Positions 33,639 to 43,410 are shown, counted from the stretch's first letter. The stretch: 64,000 nt of DNA from an uncultured delta proteobacterium (GCA_963774445.1 CAVZFC010000035.1:197470-261469); one strand, 5' to 3'. Numbers and translations are program-made. Notes: generated by a model from the sequence alone, not told the origin.

Positions 33639-35205
33639 TCAATCCTGGCCGGCGAACGCGCCCTGCTCGACATCGGTCGGCGTGCCGTCCGGCTGCCAGT
33701 AGTGCCAGGTGCCGACGCGGGCGCCGTCGCGGTAGTCACCCTGGGCGGCGAGCTGGCCGTTGGGGTGCCACTCGCGGTACGGGCCGTTCTCCTTCTGTCG
33801 GACGAAGACCCCTTCGGCCCAGCGCGAGCCGTCGTCGCGGTAGGCGGTGAAGCGGGCCTCGGCGCCGCGCTTCGAGTAGGTCGTCTCGCGCACCAGGCGG
33901 CCGTCTTCGTACGTCTTCCACCGTCCGTCCTTGGCCCCGGCGACGTAGCTGCCCTCCGCGGCGACCGCGCCGTCGGGCTGGTAGTGCACCCAGTGGCCGG
34001 TCATCTGGCCGCCGGCGAAGGCGCCGCGCGACTTGACCGAGCCGCTGGCGTACCACTCGGTCCACGGGCCGTGCTTGGCGCCACGGCGCTCGCACCACTG
34101 GGCGCGGCTGTCGGGCGGCGGCGCGCCGTGAAGCGAGGTACCGGCGGGGCAGGGGCCGTGATTCTCCGCGGTGGCGCCTGTGCGGCTGCAGCCGGTGGCG
34201 AGCAGCGCGATCAGGCCGAGGAGCAGCCACCACGAGGCGGGGCCGCCCGTGCTGCAACCGCCGCCACCGCACGGGCGGTAGCAGCTGCAGTTGGCTGCAC
34301 AGACGCCGCCACCGCAGTCTGCGTCGGTCGTGCAGCTGCCAGCAAAGCTGCCCGGCTCCATGCCGGCCAGGCCGCAGCGGCCGTCGTCGGCGCAGGCCGT
34401 GCCGGCCGGGCAATCGCCGTCGGTGGTGCAGGTCGAGTCGCACAGCGAGTCGCCTGCGCCGAGTGGCGCTCGCGCTCCGGGCGCCGCGACGCCGTCGATC
34501 GCGCGGAGCGTGTCCTGGATCCAGGCGCGGTCGACGTCGAGCCGCGCGTTGACGCTGGTGAGCGCACAGTCGGGATCTCCCGAGACGGTGACGCCGGCGA
34601 TCGTGTCGCCGGCTGCGCTCGCGCGCAGCACCGGGCCGCCGCTGTCGCCCTCGCAGCTGTTGGCCGGCGCCGGGGTGGCGACGAACGTCAGCGGCCTCAG
34701 CTCGGACACCTGCGAGCTGCCCTGCCGCCGCGTGCCAGTGACGTCCGTGTCGTCGACGCCGAAGCCGACGACGCGCACGCTCTCGCCGACGAAGGTGCTG
34801 TCCAGCGCGCGATCGTCGATGGGCAGCGGCGCGACGCCGACGACCGGCTGGCGCAGCGACAGGATCGCCAGGTCGTGATCGGCCGCGGCGTGGGCCGGAT
34901 GCGGCCACGCCTGCTCGACCTCGATCCGATCGCCGTCGCCGCCTACCTGCGACCCGACGAATAGCTGGAGGGTTCCGGGCGGCGCCAGGTCGAACGCAGT
35001 GTGCGGCGGTCAGGACCGCGCGCGGGCCGATCAGGGCGCCGCTGCACAGCACCTGCTCGCTATCGCCACACGAGAGCGGCGGCGCGATCAGCGCGACCGC
35101 CGCCGCATCCGCGGTCGCCGGCTCACCGCCGACGACGGCGGCGCCGACGACGCCTCGCGATGGCTGGCGCTGGCACGCCGACGCCATGGCCACGAGCGCG
35201 GTCAT
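33639..35205 (-). CDS. trypsin-like S1 protease (split across two frames near 34995) with a Cys-rich extension, a MYXO-CTERM-like hydrophobic segment and C-terminal MORN repeats
   Basis: LTAAHC is in track ORF 33736..35427. The Asp region (HDLAILSL) and GDSGGP are in the frame of ORF 33639..34778. The single reading frame continues through CGGGGCSTGGPASWWLLLGLIALLATGCS into MORN repeats (GPWTEWYASG…, GPYREWHPNGQ…). Confidence 0.6.
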
Positions 35206-35209
35206 CACG

Positions 35210-35929
35210 CTAGCAGCAGTTGTAGCTGGAGAACGAATAGTCGTCGCTCGCGGCCCACCAGCTGCCGAGCCCGTAGTCGTGCTTGGCGCAGTCTTGCGTG
35301 TAGGTGCCCGTGGTGTAGCCGGAGCACTCGTTGTCGGAGCCGCAGCCGACGCCGCAACGTCCCTTGCACGCGTTGCCACTGCCGCCGGTGCACGACGTGG
35401 ACTGACCCGCCTGGCGGTAGTAGCCACTGCCGATGTACTGGGTCTTGCAGGTGCAGGAGATGTGAACCCACCCGCGCTGACTGACGAAGGTTCCCGCCTC
35501 GAGCGCCTCTCCCGCGGGGACGATGTGCATCAGGCTGGTGACGCGAACCGCGACGTCTTCCACCAGCGGGCGCTGGTCGGCGCTCGCCGCCAGCTCCGGT
35601 TGCAGCTCCTCGTAGAACGCCTCGAGGGCCGACTTCTGGTCCTCGCGCAGCGCCCCGGTGTTTGGGTCGAAGTCGCCGGTCCCCTCGTTGTAGTCGAGGT
35701 GGAACGCGATCAGCTGGTCACCGAAATCGTAGGTGACGTCGACGACGTTGCTCTCGCTCTCGACGAACTGGAAGGCCAGGTCGACGCCGAAGCCGCGGTA
35801 GGTGCCCGACAACTCCGTCTGGTCGTGGGCGGCGATCGACAGGCCATCTCCGGCCGGTCCGGGCGCTGGTTCCTGGCCGGTACAACCGGCGGCAGCAAGA
35901 ATCGCGGCAATAATCGTTACTCGTAGCAT
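35210..35929 (-). CDS. lipoprotein with a Cys-rich C-terminal region
   Basis: Lipobox ILAAAGC and a C-terminus SCTCKTQ…CTGGSGNACKGRCGVGCGSDNEC…SSYNCC. Lies 4 bp upstream of the second S1 protease gene. Confidence 0.6.
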   Translation of the reverse strand: MLRVTIIAAILAAAGCTGQEPAPGPAGDGLSIAAHDQTELSGTYRGFGVDLAFQFVESESNVVDVTYDFGDQLIAFHLDYNEGTGDFDPNTGALREDQKSALEAFYEELQPELAASADQRPLVEDVAVRVTSLMHIVPAGEALEAGTFVSQRGWVHISCTCKTQYIGSGYYRQAGQSTSCTGGSGNACKGRCGVGCGSDNECSGYTTGTYTQDCAKHDYGLGSWWAASDDYSFSSYNCC

Positions 35930-36170
35930 GTGTATCCCTCCGCCCTCTTTATTCAGATGGGCGGGGAGATTGCAACGGCTGTTCCAGGATGGCGGATTTT
36001 CTAAGAGGCTGGAATGGCTGGATATTCATGCGACACCAAGATGGTGCCCTGTTCAAGAGTTGTTCAGCGCTGTCCAATGCGAGTTCACGGTTTGAACGGT
36101 GTAGCGCGCCCGACTACAGCGAAATTGCACCGCGAAGTGGCTCGTTCTCGGCTGCTACTCTGGCCGCGTC

Positions 36171-36746
36171 GTGGCGCGCGCGCGAATCATCGCCTTCGTC
36201 GTCGCGGGGGGCGTGCTGCTGGCGGGCATCGCGTTGCTCCTCGTCGAATCGCGCCGTAGCCCGGCCTCTCGCGTGGCGGCGAGCGCGCCGCCGCTGGATG
36301 CGCGCTTGCCCGGCGACGCGCCGCGGCCACCGCGGTCGGTGACGATGCGTGCGCCGAGCAACGCTCGGGCTTCCGCGGCCTCGCCAGGCGTCGGCCTCCG
36401 CGATGCGGGCTCGCCCCGCGACTGGCGCCCCGACGACGTCCCGGCCGGGGTCCACTGGGATCAGTTGATGGGCGCCGCCCGTCCGCTGCTCACCGCGGCG
36501 GTGCGCGACTGCTTCGACGGTCGCCCCGACGAGGACCACGTGCGCGTCAACTTTCGCCTGCGGGTGCGCGGCGGCTGGGCCACCGTGGTCGACCCGCGCG
36601 CGGACGGGCGGGCCGAGGCCGATCCGCTGGCTGCCTGCGTGCTGGAGCAGCTGCGCGCCCTCCGCCTGCCCGGTGGCGAGGTCGATTTCGAAACCCCGGT
36701 TGCCGACGACTTCATCGCCTGGGAGGTGCGCGAGCGCGGCCGCTAG
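36171..36746 (+). CDS. membrane-anchored hypothetical protein
   Basis: N-terminal TM IIAFVVAGGVLLAGIALLLV and a protein-like C-terminal domain. Confidence 0.45.
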   Translation: MARARIIAFVVAGGVLLAGIALLLVESRRSPASRVAASAPPLDARLPGDAPRPPRSVTMRAPSNARASAASPGVGLRDAGSPRDWRPDDVPAGVHWDQLMGAARPLLTAAVRDCFDGRPDEDHVRVNFRLRVRGGWATVVDPRADGRAEADPLAACVLEQLRALRLPGGEVDFETPVADDFIAWEVRERGR

Positions 36747-36835
36747 TGCGCCGATCGGTGCGCCTGACCGAGCAATTTCGTCGAGATGCGAGCAAACCGG
36801 TCGGCGCTCCGGGGCTCTGGTAGGCTCCTGCCGAC

Positions 36836-38860
36836 ATGGCCAATTCGTCCAATCCACTCACCACCGTGAAGTTCGCGGTCCCGTTCGACCGCATCTCCGC
36901 TGAGCACGTAGAGCCGGCGGTCGACGAGCTGATCGCCGCCGGGCAGTCCGCGATCGAGGCGATCGCGGACGACCCCGCGCCGCGCAGCTACGACAGCACT
37001 CTGGGCGCGCTCGAGCGGGCGACGGAAACCCTGGAGTGGGCGATGACGGTGGTCGGCCACCTCGAGTCGGTGGCGACCACACCCGCGCTGCGCGACGCCT
37101 ACAACACGGTGCAGCCGCGAGTCAGCGCCTTCTGGTCGAAGATCCCGATGCACGCCGGGCTGTGGCAGGCGCTGCGCGACTTCGCCGAGACCGACGAGGC
37201 GCGCGCGCTTACCGGCGCTCGCAAGCGCCACCTGGAAAAGACGCTCGACGAGTTCCGCCGCCACGGCGCCGAGCTCGACGACGCCGGCAAAGAGACGCTG
37301 GCCGCCATCGACGTCGAGCTGTCGACGCTGACCACCACCTTTTCGCAGCACACCCTCGACGCGACCAACGCCTTCGAGCTGATCGTCACCGACGAGACGC
37401 GCCTGGCCGGCCTTCCCGAGTCGGCGCGGGCAGCCGCCCGCGAGAGCGCCCGGCAGAAGGGGATCGAAGGCTGGCGCTTCACCCTGCAAGCGCCCAGCGT
37501 CATCCCGGTGCTCACATATATGGAGGACACCGCCACCCGCGAGGCGGTCTGGCGCGCCTACAACGACCGCGCCTACGGCGGCGATCTCGACAACGCGGCG
37601 ATCATCGCCCGGGTGCTGGAGCTGCGCGGGCAGAAGGCGCGCCTGCTCGGCTACCGCGACTGGGCCGACTTCGTGCTCGCCGACCGGATGGCCGGCAACG
37701 CCGCCCGCGCGCGCACCTTCGTCGACGAGCTGCGCGACAAGACCCTCGCCGCCTTCGAGCGCGAGAACCGCGCGCTGATCGACTTTCGCCGCGCGGCCGG
37801 CGACGACGGCGAGATGCAGGCGTGGGACGTCTCCTTCTGGTCGGAGAAGCAGCGCAAGTCGCTGTACGCCTTCGACGAGGAGGAGCTGCGCCCGTACTTC
37901 CCGGCCGCCGCGGTGCTGCGCGGGGTCTTCGACACCGTCAACCGCCTCTACGGCATCAGGGTCGAGACGGACGACGACGCCCCCACCTGGGATCCGGAGG
38001 TGACCGCCTATCGCATGGTCGACGCAGACGGCAGCCACCTGGCGTCGTTCTACGTCGACCTCTACCCGCGCGAGAACAAGCGCGGCGGCGCGTGGATGAA
38101 CGGACTGATCACCGGCGTGCGGCCGTCGCCGCACCTGGGCCTGTTTTGCGCCAACGTCAACCGCCCGGTCGGCGATACGCCAGCGCTGCTCACCCACCGC
38201 GAGGTCGAGACCATCTTCCACGAGTTCGGTCACCTGGTGCACCACTGCGTGGGCAACTCTCCGGTGCGCAGCCGCGGGGCGATGAACGTGGCCTGGGACT
38301 TCGTCGAGCTGCCGTCGCAGATCATGGAGAACTGGTGCTGGGAGCGCGAGGCGCTGGATCTGTTCGCCCGCCACTGGCAGACCGGCGAGACCATCCCCGA
38401 CGAGCTGCTCGGCAAGATGCAGCGCGCGCGCACCTACCGGGCGGGCAATGCGCAGATGCGCCAGCTCGGCTTCGCCGCGGTCGACCTCGCGCTGCACTGC
38501 GACTACGACCCGGCGCGCGACGGCGAGGTAGTGGCCTACGCGCGCGGCGTGTTGCAGGCCCACACGCCGACGCCGCTGCCCGAGCGCTACGCGATGATCT
38601 GCTCGTTCGGCCACCTGTTCGCCAGCCCGGTCGGCTACGCCGCCGGCTACTACTCGTACAAGTGGGCCGAGGTGCTGGACGCCGACGCCTTCACCCGCTT
38701 CCGCGACGAGGGGGTGTTCAATCGCGAGGTCGGTCAGGCGTTCCTCCACGAAGTGCTCGCCCCGGGTGACACGCGGGATGCGATGGAGCTGTACCGCGCG
38801 TTCATGGGCCGCGAGCCGGCGCTGGAAGCGCTACTCGAGCGGCTGGGGCTGGCCAGCTGA
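36836..38860 (+). CDS. M3-family zinc oligopeptidase (peptidyl-dipeptidase Dcp / oligopeptidase A-like)
   Basis: HEFGHLVHH zinc motif and a downstream E ligand region; the length is typical for M3. Confidence 0.9.
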   Translation: MANSSNPLTTVKFAVPFDRISAEHVEPAVDELIAAGQSAIEAIADDPAPRSYDSTLGALERATETLEWAMTVVGHLESVATTPALRDAYNTVQPRVSAFWSKIPMHAGLWQALRDFAETDEARALTGARKRHLEKTLDEFRRHGAELDDAGKETLAAIDVELSTLTTTFSQHTLDATNAFELIVTDETRLAGLPESARAAARESARQKGIEGWRFTLQAPSVIPVLTYMEDTATREAVWRAYNDRAYGGDLDNAAIIARVLELRGQKARLLGYRDWADFVLADRMAGNAARARTFVDELRDKTLAAFERENRALIDFRRAAGDDGEMQAWDVSFWSEKQRKSLYAFDEEELRPYFPAAAVLRGVFDTVNRLYGIRVETDDDAPTWDPEVTAYRMVDADGSHLASFYVDLYPRENKRGGAWMNGLITGVRPSPHLGLFCANVNRPVGDTPALLTHREVETIFHEFGHLVHHCVGNSPVRSRGAMNVAWDFVELPSQIMENWCWEREALDLFARHWQTGETIPDELLGKMQRARTYRAGNAQMRQLGFAAVDLALHCDYDPARDGEVVAYARGVLQAHTPTPLPERYAMICSFGHLFASPVGYAAGYYSYKWAEVLDADAFTRFRDEGVFNREVGQAFLHEVLAPGDTRDAMELYRAFMGREPALEALLERLGLAS

Positions 38861-39651
38861 TGCGCGTGGCCACGCTGCTGGTCGCGGCGCTGGCTGTCGG
38901 CGCGTGCGGCAAGTCGCACGACAAGGGCAAGGCAGCGGCGCCGCCGCCGAGCGTGCCGGTGACGCTGGGGGCGTGCACGATCGAGGCGCCGGCGGCCAAG
39001 GTGCTGCCGGCCGGGCCCGGCTCCCGGGCCAGCCTCGCGCTCGGCGCGCCCGAGGTCACCGGGCTCGAGGTCGACCCGGTGCGTCGCTTCTTCGGCGAGC
39101 AGGCGGGCGCGCTGAAGGGCTGCTACGAGGCCGAGCTGGTGACGAGTCCGAGCCTGGCCGGCACCCTCACCATCGACGTGACGCTGAACGACGGCGGTGA
39201 CATCCTGACCCTCGACGCCCGCGGTGTCGATCCGGCCGTCGATGCCTGCGTGGCCCGGCGGCTGCGCATGACCATGGCGTTCGCCCCGGCGCGCGGGGAA
39301 AAGTCGGCGCGCATCCACATCGCGCTGACCTTGCGGCCGCCGAAGACGCAGGCGAGCGCCGGCGCGCCCGCGGCCGCGCCGGCCCCGGAGGTGCGAACCG
39401 TGGCCAATCCGATGGCGCCGCTGACGGCCGAGCTCGGAGCCTGCTTCGCGGCCCGGACCGCGCAGCCGCCCGGCACCGCTGAAATCCGCGTCGCGATGGG
39501 CGACGGCGGGCTGGTCAGCGCCGTGGAGGTCCAGGGCGTGACCGATCGCGCGGCGATCTCCTGCGTCACCCGCGTGGTCCGCCAGGCCGTCTGGCCCGAG
39601 GGGGACGGCGCGTACCGCTGCGCGGTGTCGTATGGCGCAAAATCGCCCTGA
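38860..39651 (+). CDS. lipoprotein with two AgmX/PglI C-terminal-like (TonB-C-like) domains
   Basis: Lipobox ALAVGAC and two repeats (GALKGCYEAEL…GTLTIDVTLNDGG; LGACFAARTAQPPGTAEIRVAMGDGG). The start overlaps the M3 stop (TGATG). Confidence 0.6.
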   Translation: MRVATLLVAALAVGACGKSHDKGKAAAPPPSVPVTLGACTIEAPAAKVLPAGPGSRASLALGAPEVTGLEVDPVRRFFGEQAGALKGCYEAELVTSPSLAGTLTIDVTLNDGGDILTLDARGVDPAVDACVARRLRMTMAFAPARGEKSARIHIALTLRPPKTQASAGAPAAAPAPEVRTVANPMAPLTAELGACFAARTAQPPGTAEIRVAMGDGGLVSAVEVQGVTDRAAISCVTRVVRQAVWPEGDGAYRCAVSYGAKSP

Positions 39652-39752
39652 CCGGGCTTGTGAGGCCAATTGGGCGCCCTTGGGTCCTGTCGCCAGGAGT
39701 CGCCGGCGGCAATGGGCGAGAGTCGGCTTCACGTGCTACGGTGTGGCCGTCC

Positions 39753-39790
39753 GATCGCGGCGCGCGCCGCGGGAAAGGAAAATTTTGCAC
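39753..39790 (+). terminator. GC-rich palindrome (CGCGGCGCGCGCCGCG) followed by an A/T tract; candidate intrinsic terminator for the M3/AgmX-like operon
   Basis: A perfect 16-nt palindrome followed by gggaaaggaaaatttt. The U-run is not directly adjacent to the stem, so this is weak. Confidence 0.3.
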
Positions 39791-39819
39791 ATCAAACGTA
39801 ACCACCGAGGAATTCAGTA

Positions 39820-40029
39820 GTGGCAAGAAACCCAGCAACGTTCGCAAAGCGGCAGCGCGAGCTGCAGAAACAGCAGAAGCGCAAGGAAAAGGCCAAGCGC
39901 CGCGCTATCCGCAAGCAGGAAAAGGACATGACGACCACCGATGCCCCTCCCGGCATCGACCCCGATATCGCGGGGATCGTCCCCGGACCCCAGCCGATTC
40001 CCTGGGCCGACGAGCTGGACGCCGAGTAA
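39820..40029 (+). CDS. small highly charged Lys/Arg-rich protein (69 aa)
   Basis: MARNPATFAKRQRELQKQQKRKEKAKRRAIRKQEKD… preceded by an unusually AT-rich stretch (aaattttgcacatcaaacgtaacc). Confidence 0.4.
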   Translation: MARNPATFAKRQRELQKQQKRKEKAKRRAIRKQEKDMTTTDAPPGIDPDIAGIVPGPQPIPWADELDAE

Positions 40030-40072
40030 GCCTCGGCGACCCGAGGCCCGGCGCATCGAGTAGAGTATCGAT

Positions 40073-40267
40073 ATGCGCGTCGAGCCTCGAGGAGAGATCG
40101 CGCTCCTGCGACTGGAGGCGGGCAATGCCAATGCCTTCGGTCGAGCGCTGATCGCCCGCCTGGCCGGCCGGGTCGACGAGGTGGTCGGATCCGGTACACG
40201 TGGGCCGGTCATGCCCGGCTACGGGCAGCGCCGCCTGCGCGCCGCCGTGGCGAGGCTCGGGGCCTAG
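40073..40267 (+). CDS. small hypothetical protein (64 aa)
   Basis: Protein-like composition; the stop overlaps the next start by 1 nt. Confidence 0.25.
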   Translation: MRVEPRGEIALLRLEAGNANAFGRALIARLAGRVDEVVGSGTRGPVMPGYGQRRLRAAVARLGA

Positions 40268-41157
40268 TGCTGTTGCGCCGGCTCCTGGTCGTCGACCAGC
40301 GACCACTGTTGCGCGAGTGCGACGCGCTGATCGAGGCGATGGCGGCGTCCTCTCCCGAGGCGTCTGCCGAGGAGCTCGACGGCTGCGTCGGCGCGGTGAT
40401 GCATCGGCTCGACGACGCCCGCCTGTCCGGCTCGCCCGGCGGAGAGGTGCTGGCCCAGCGGATCCGCGGGCAGCTCGAATTCGGCAACACCAACGGCGCC
40501 CGCGCCGTGATCCGCGCGCACGTGCCGGCGCAGTCGCCCGCCTGGCCGGTCCTGCTGCCGGTGCTGCTGGGCGGCGGCGGGCTGACGCTGGCGCTGATCG
40601 GGCCGCTGTTCCTCCCCTTGAGTCGCGTGGCCCGGCTGTTCCTGTTGGGCCTGGGCGCGGGCGGCACGGTGGTCGTTGTCACCGCGGCGATGGCGGTGGC
40701 GCGTTTTCGCCGCCATTTCCCCACCGCGGTGGTCGCCTCCGACGAGCTGGTAGAGCTCGAGCAGTCGCTCGACGACGAGCGCTTTGCCGTCGCGTCGGTG
40801 TCGTTCGAGCGGTTGCGCGAGCTCGCCGACGAGCATCCCGATGAAGCCGAGCTCCTCTCGGTCGTGCTCCTTCGCGGCGCCGCCGAGGTGGCGCGGGCGC
40901 CTCGGGTGGATCTGGAGCTGGCCGAACAGTCCCTCGACGCCGTCACGATGGCGCTGCGCTCGCCGGTGGCGTCCGAGCGTGGGCTCTATTTCGCGACCCT
41001 GGCGCTAGGGGGCCTGGCCGAACGCCTGGCGGTCTCGCGGTCGGAGCGGGCTGACATCGCGCTGGCCCTGCTCGCCCAGCTCGCCGAGCGGCGCACCGAA
41101 TACGGCTGGGTCCTGGCCAGCGCCCGTCGCCGCGTCGAACGCGCGCGCCGCGACTAG
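40267..41157 (+). CDS. hypothetical membrane protein (2 TM helices)
   Basis: The hydrophobic segments PVLLPVLLGGGGLTLALIGPLFL and LFLLGLGAGGTVVVVTAAMAV are flanked by helical charged regions. Confidence 0.5.
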   Translation: MLLRRLLVVDQRPLLRECDALIEAMAASSPEASAEELDGCVGAVMHRLDDARLSGSPGGEVLAQRIRGQLEFGNTNGARAVIRAHVPAQSPAWPVLLPVLLGGGGLTLALIGPLFLPLSRVARLFLLGLGAGGTVVVVTAAMAVARFRRHFPTAVVASDELVELEQSLDDERFAVASVSFERLRELADEHPDEAELLSVVLLRGAAEVARAPRVDLELAEQSLDAVTMALRSPVASERGLYFATLALGGLAERLAVSRSERADIALALLAQLAERRTEYGWVLASARRRVERARRD

Positions 41158-41285
41158 CAGCCCGGGGGCTCGGCCCGGCCGGGGTCGGGCGACCGCAGGC
41201 GGGGGGCGGGCTCCCAGCGAGACCGGCGCAAGCCACTGGAATTACACGGCGAGAAGTTGGCCCCAGGGTCGCACTACAGTTCGCC

Positions 41286-41939
41286 ATGCTACGTGCGGGT
41301 GTCGCCATTGCTCTCTCCTGCCTCCTCGGCTCGTCGGCGTGGGCGCACACGCGTCTCACCTATCCGGCCCCGCGCAGCCCCAGCGACGGGCTCAAGACCG
41401 GCCCGTGCGGCGGCGTGCCCCCCGGCACGCCCAACCTGATCGCGGTCGGCTCGACCATCACCGTGGTGTGGAACGAGACCATCGATCACCCCGGCTACTT
41501 CCGCATCGCCTGGTCGCCGCCCGGTGACCAGGGCTTCGAGGAGAACATCCTCCTCGACCAGATCCAGGATCAGGTCTGCACCGCGCCGCCGTGCGAGTAC
41601 CGGGCCGACGTGACCCTGCCGGACCAGCCGTGCACCGGCTGCGCACTGCAGATCATCCAGTTCATGGGCACGGCCGCGCCGTACTCGCCGTACTTCTCCT
41701 GCGCCGACGTCGACCTGGTCGACCCCTCCGAGATTCCCGACGCCGGGCCGCCGATGAGCGATGCCGGCGCCAGTGGTAGCGACCCCGACGCGGGGGTCGC
41801 GGGCGACGGCGACGCGGGCATCGGCGGCGGCGCCGCAACCGGCGTCAACGGTGGATGCGCGGCGGGCGGGCAGGGCGGCAGTGGCTTCCTCGCGCTGCTC
41901 GGTCTGGCGCTGGTCGTGGCGCGCCGTCGCCGCTCCTAG
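41286..41939 (+). CDS. secreted His1 (LPMO-like/copper-binding candidate) protein with a MYXO-CTERM sorting tail
   Basis: Signal peptide cleavage is predicted at SAWA|HTRLTYPAPRS, leaving an N-terminal His. A second His lies in TIDHPGYFRIAW. The C-terminus GGCAAGGQGGSGFLALLGLALVVARRRRS is a MYXO-CTERM tail. Confidence 0.65.
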   Translation: MLRAGVAIALSCLLGSSAWAHTRLTYPAPRSPSDGLKTGPCGGVPPGTPNLIAVGSTITVVWNETIDHPGYFRIAWSPPGDQGFEENILLDQIQDQVCTAPPCEYRADVTLPDQPCTGCALQIIQFMGTAAPYSPYFSCADVDLVDPSEIPDAGPPMSDAGASGSDPDAGVAGDGDAGIGGGAATGVNGGCAAGGQGGSGFLALLGLALVVARRRRS

Positions 41940-43261
41940 TCGAAGTCGGGGGCATAGACCGCGTCGCGGTCGACCTTCTTCTTCGGCTGCTTCTTCTTCG
42001 GCTGCTTGGCCTTCTTCGTCGCCGGATGCGCCGGCTTCTTCACCTTCTTTGCCGGCGTCGGTTTCTCGGGCGGCGAGGCGACCGGCGCGGGCGGCGTCGC
42101 GTCGACGCTCGGGACCGCCGCGTCAACCGGTGACGGCGCGACCGCGGGCGCCGGCGCCGGTGCCGTCGCGGGCGCCGGTGCCGTCGCGGGAGTCGCTTCG
42201 TCGGCGGCCGGAGGCGGCTCGGGTGCGCGCCGCAGCAGGCCGGCGATCACGAACGCCACGACCATCGCGCCGGCCACGGCCAGCGGCACTGCCCGCGGCG
42301 CCCGATGGTGGACCGGTCGCTGGCGCTCGCCCGCGATCGGGAACGGCGTGGCGGCGACCGGCGGCATCGGCGTCGGCCGGGAGACCGGCGTGGCGCTGCC
42401 GTACTCGGCCAGGTGCCGCATCGGGTCGGCGATGGCCCGGCCCATCTCGGTCATCGACGCGAACCGCCGGTCGCGGTTCTTCTCCAGGGCGTGCATCACG
42501 ATGGCGTCCAGCTCGGGCGGCACGCCGGGCTCGATCGAGCTGGGCAGCGGCGGAGCCTGGAACAGGTGGCCTTGCAATGCTTCCTTCATGCCGCCGGGGA
42601 ACGGCAGGCGGCCGGTCAGCAGCTCGAACAGCACCACGCCCAGGGCGTAGACGTCCGCGCGCGGATCGATGTCGCGCTTGCCCTGGCACTGCTCCGGGCT
42701 CATGTAGGCGGGCGTTCCCAGCGCCACGCCCAGGCGGGTGCGCGCGGACGCCATGCTCGGGTCGAGCAGCTTGGCGATGCCGAAGTCCATGATCTTGACG
42801 AACAGCGGGTTCGACCGCCGCGGACAGACGTAGATGTTCTCCGGCTTCAGGTCGCGGTGGACGATGCCGTGGTCGTGCGCCGCCTGCAGGGCGTCGCAGC
42901 ACTGGGCCATGATGGTGCGGATCCCGTCGATTGACAGCCCCGCACGTCGGCGCCAGGCGGTCAGGCTCTCGCCGTCGAGGAGCTCCATCATCATGTAGAC
43001 CATCGGGCCGTGCTCGGTCTCGAGGGTCCCGAAGTCCATCACCTCGACGATGTTCTCGTGACCGATGGACGCAGCGGCCCGCGCCTCCTGGAAGAACCGC
43101 GACACCAGCTCGGGGTCGCTGGCGTTCTCCTCGTGCAGCACCTTGAGCGCCCGGGTCTGCGCGATGAGCGGGTGCTCGCACAGATAGACGGTGCCCATGC
43201 CGCCGGCGCCCAACTGCTTCTCGACGACGAAGTTGCCGATGTGGGCGCCGACGAGGTTCAT
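41936..43261 (-). CDS. Ser/Thr protein kinase with a Pro/Ala-rich linker and a Lys-rich C-terminal tail
   Basis: GAGGMGTVYLC, ALKVL, HRDLKPENIYV, DFG and SPEQ motifs, plus the tail KKVKKPAHPATKKAKQPKKKQPKKK. ATG at 43261. Confidence 0.85.
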   Translation of the reverse strand: MNLVGAHIGNFVVEKQLGAGGMGTVYLCEHPLIAQTRALKVLHEENASDPELVSRFFQEARAAASIGHENIVEVMDFGTLETEHGPMVYMMMELLDGESLTAWRRRAGLSIDGIRTIMAQCCDALQAAHDHGIVHRDLKPENIYVCPRRSNPLFVKIMDFGIAKLLDPSMASARTRLGVALGTPAYMSPEQCQGKRDIDPRADVYALGVVLFELLTGRLPFPGGMKEALQGHLFQAPPLPSSIEPGVPPELDAIVMHALEKNRDRRFASMTEMGRAIADPMRHLAEYGSATPVSRPTPMPPVAATPFPIAGERQRPVHHRAPRAVPLAVAGAMVVAFVIAGLLRRAPEPPPAADEATPATAPAPATAPAPAPAVAPSPVDAAVPSVDATPPAPVASPPEKPTPAKKVKKPAHPATKKAKQPKKKQPKKKVDRDAVYAPDFD

Positions 43262-43410
43262 GGCCGCGGCGGTCCTTCTCGCGCAGCCCCGGCGTGGCCG
43301 ACGGGGCCGCGGCGCAAATCATTCGGATTCGGATCGGCGAAGCGCCTGTTTTTCCGCATCGACTCGAAGGAGTGCAAGCGGCGCGCCGGGGCGAGCTACC
43401 CGAACAACGG

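Noticed and set aside
34141-34260. Treating the MORN-repeat region as a separate lipoprotein gene starting at LLATGCS
   Set aside because: There is no in-frame start with a positively charged n-region upstream of the hydrophobic segment and no stop between the protease and MORN parts, so the single fused ORF is reported. A two-gene interpretation is flagged in the findings.
36743-38749. 668-aa minus ORF and 577-aa plus ORF (37036..38769) over the M3 peptidase
   Set aside because: These are alternative-frame or antisense products of a clearly real M3 gene, with arginine-rich nonsense translation.
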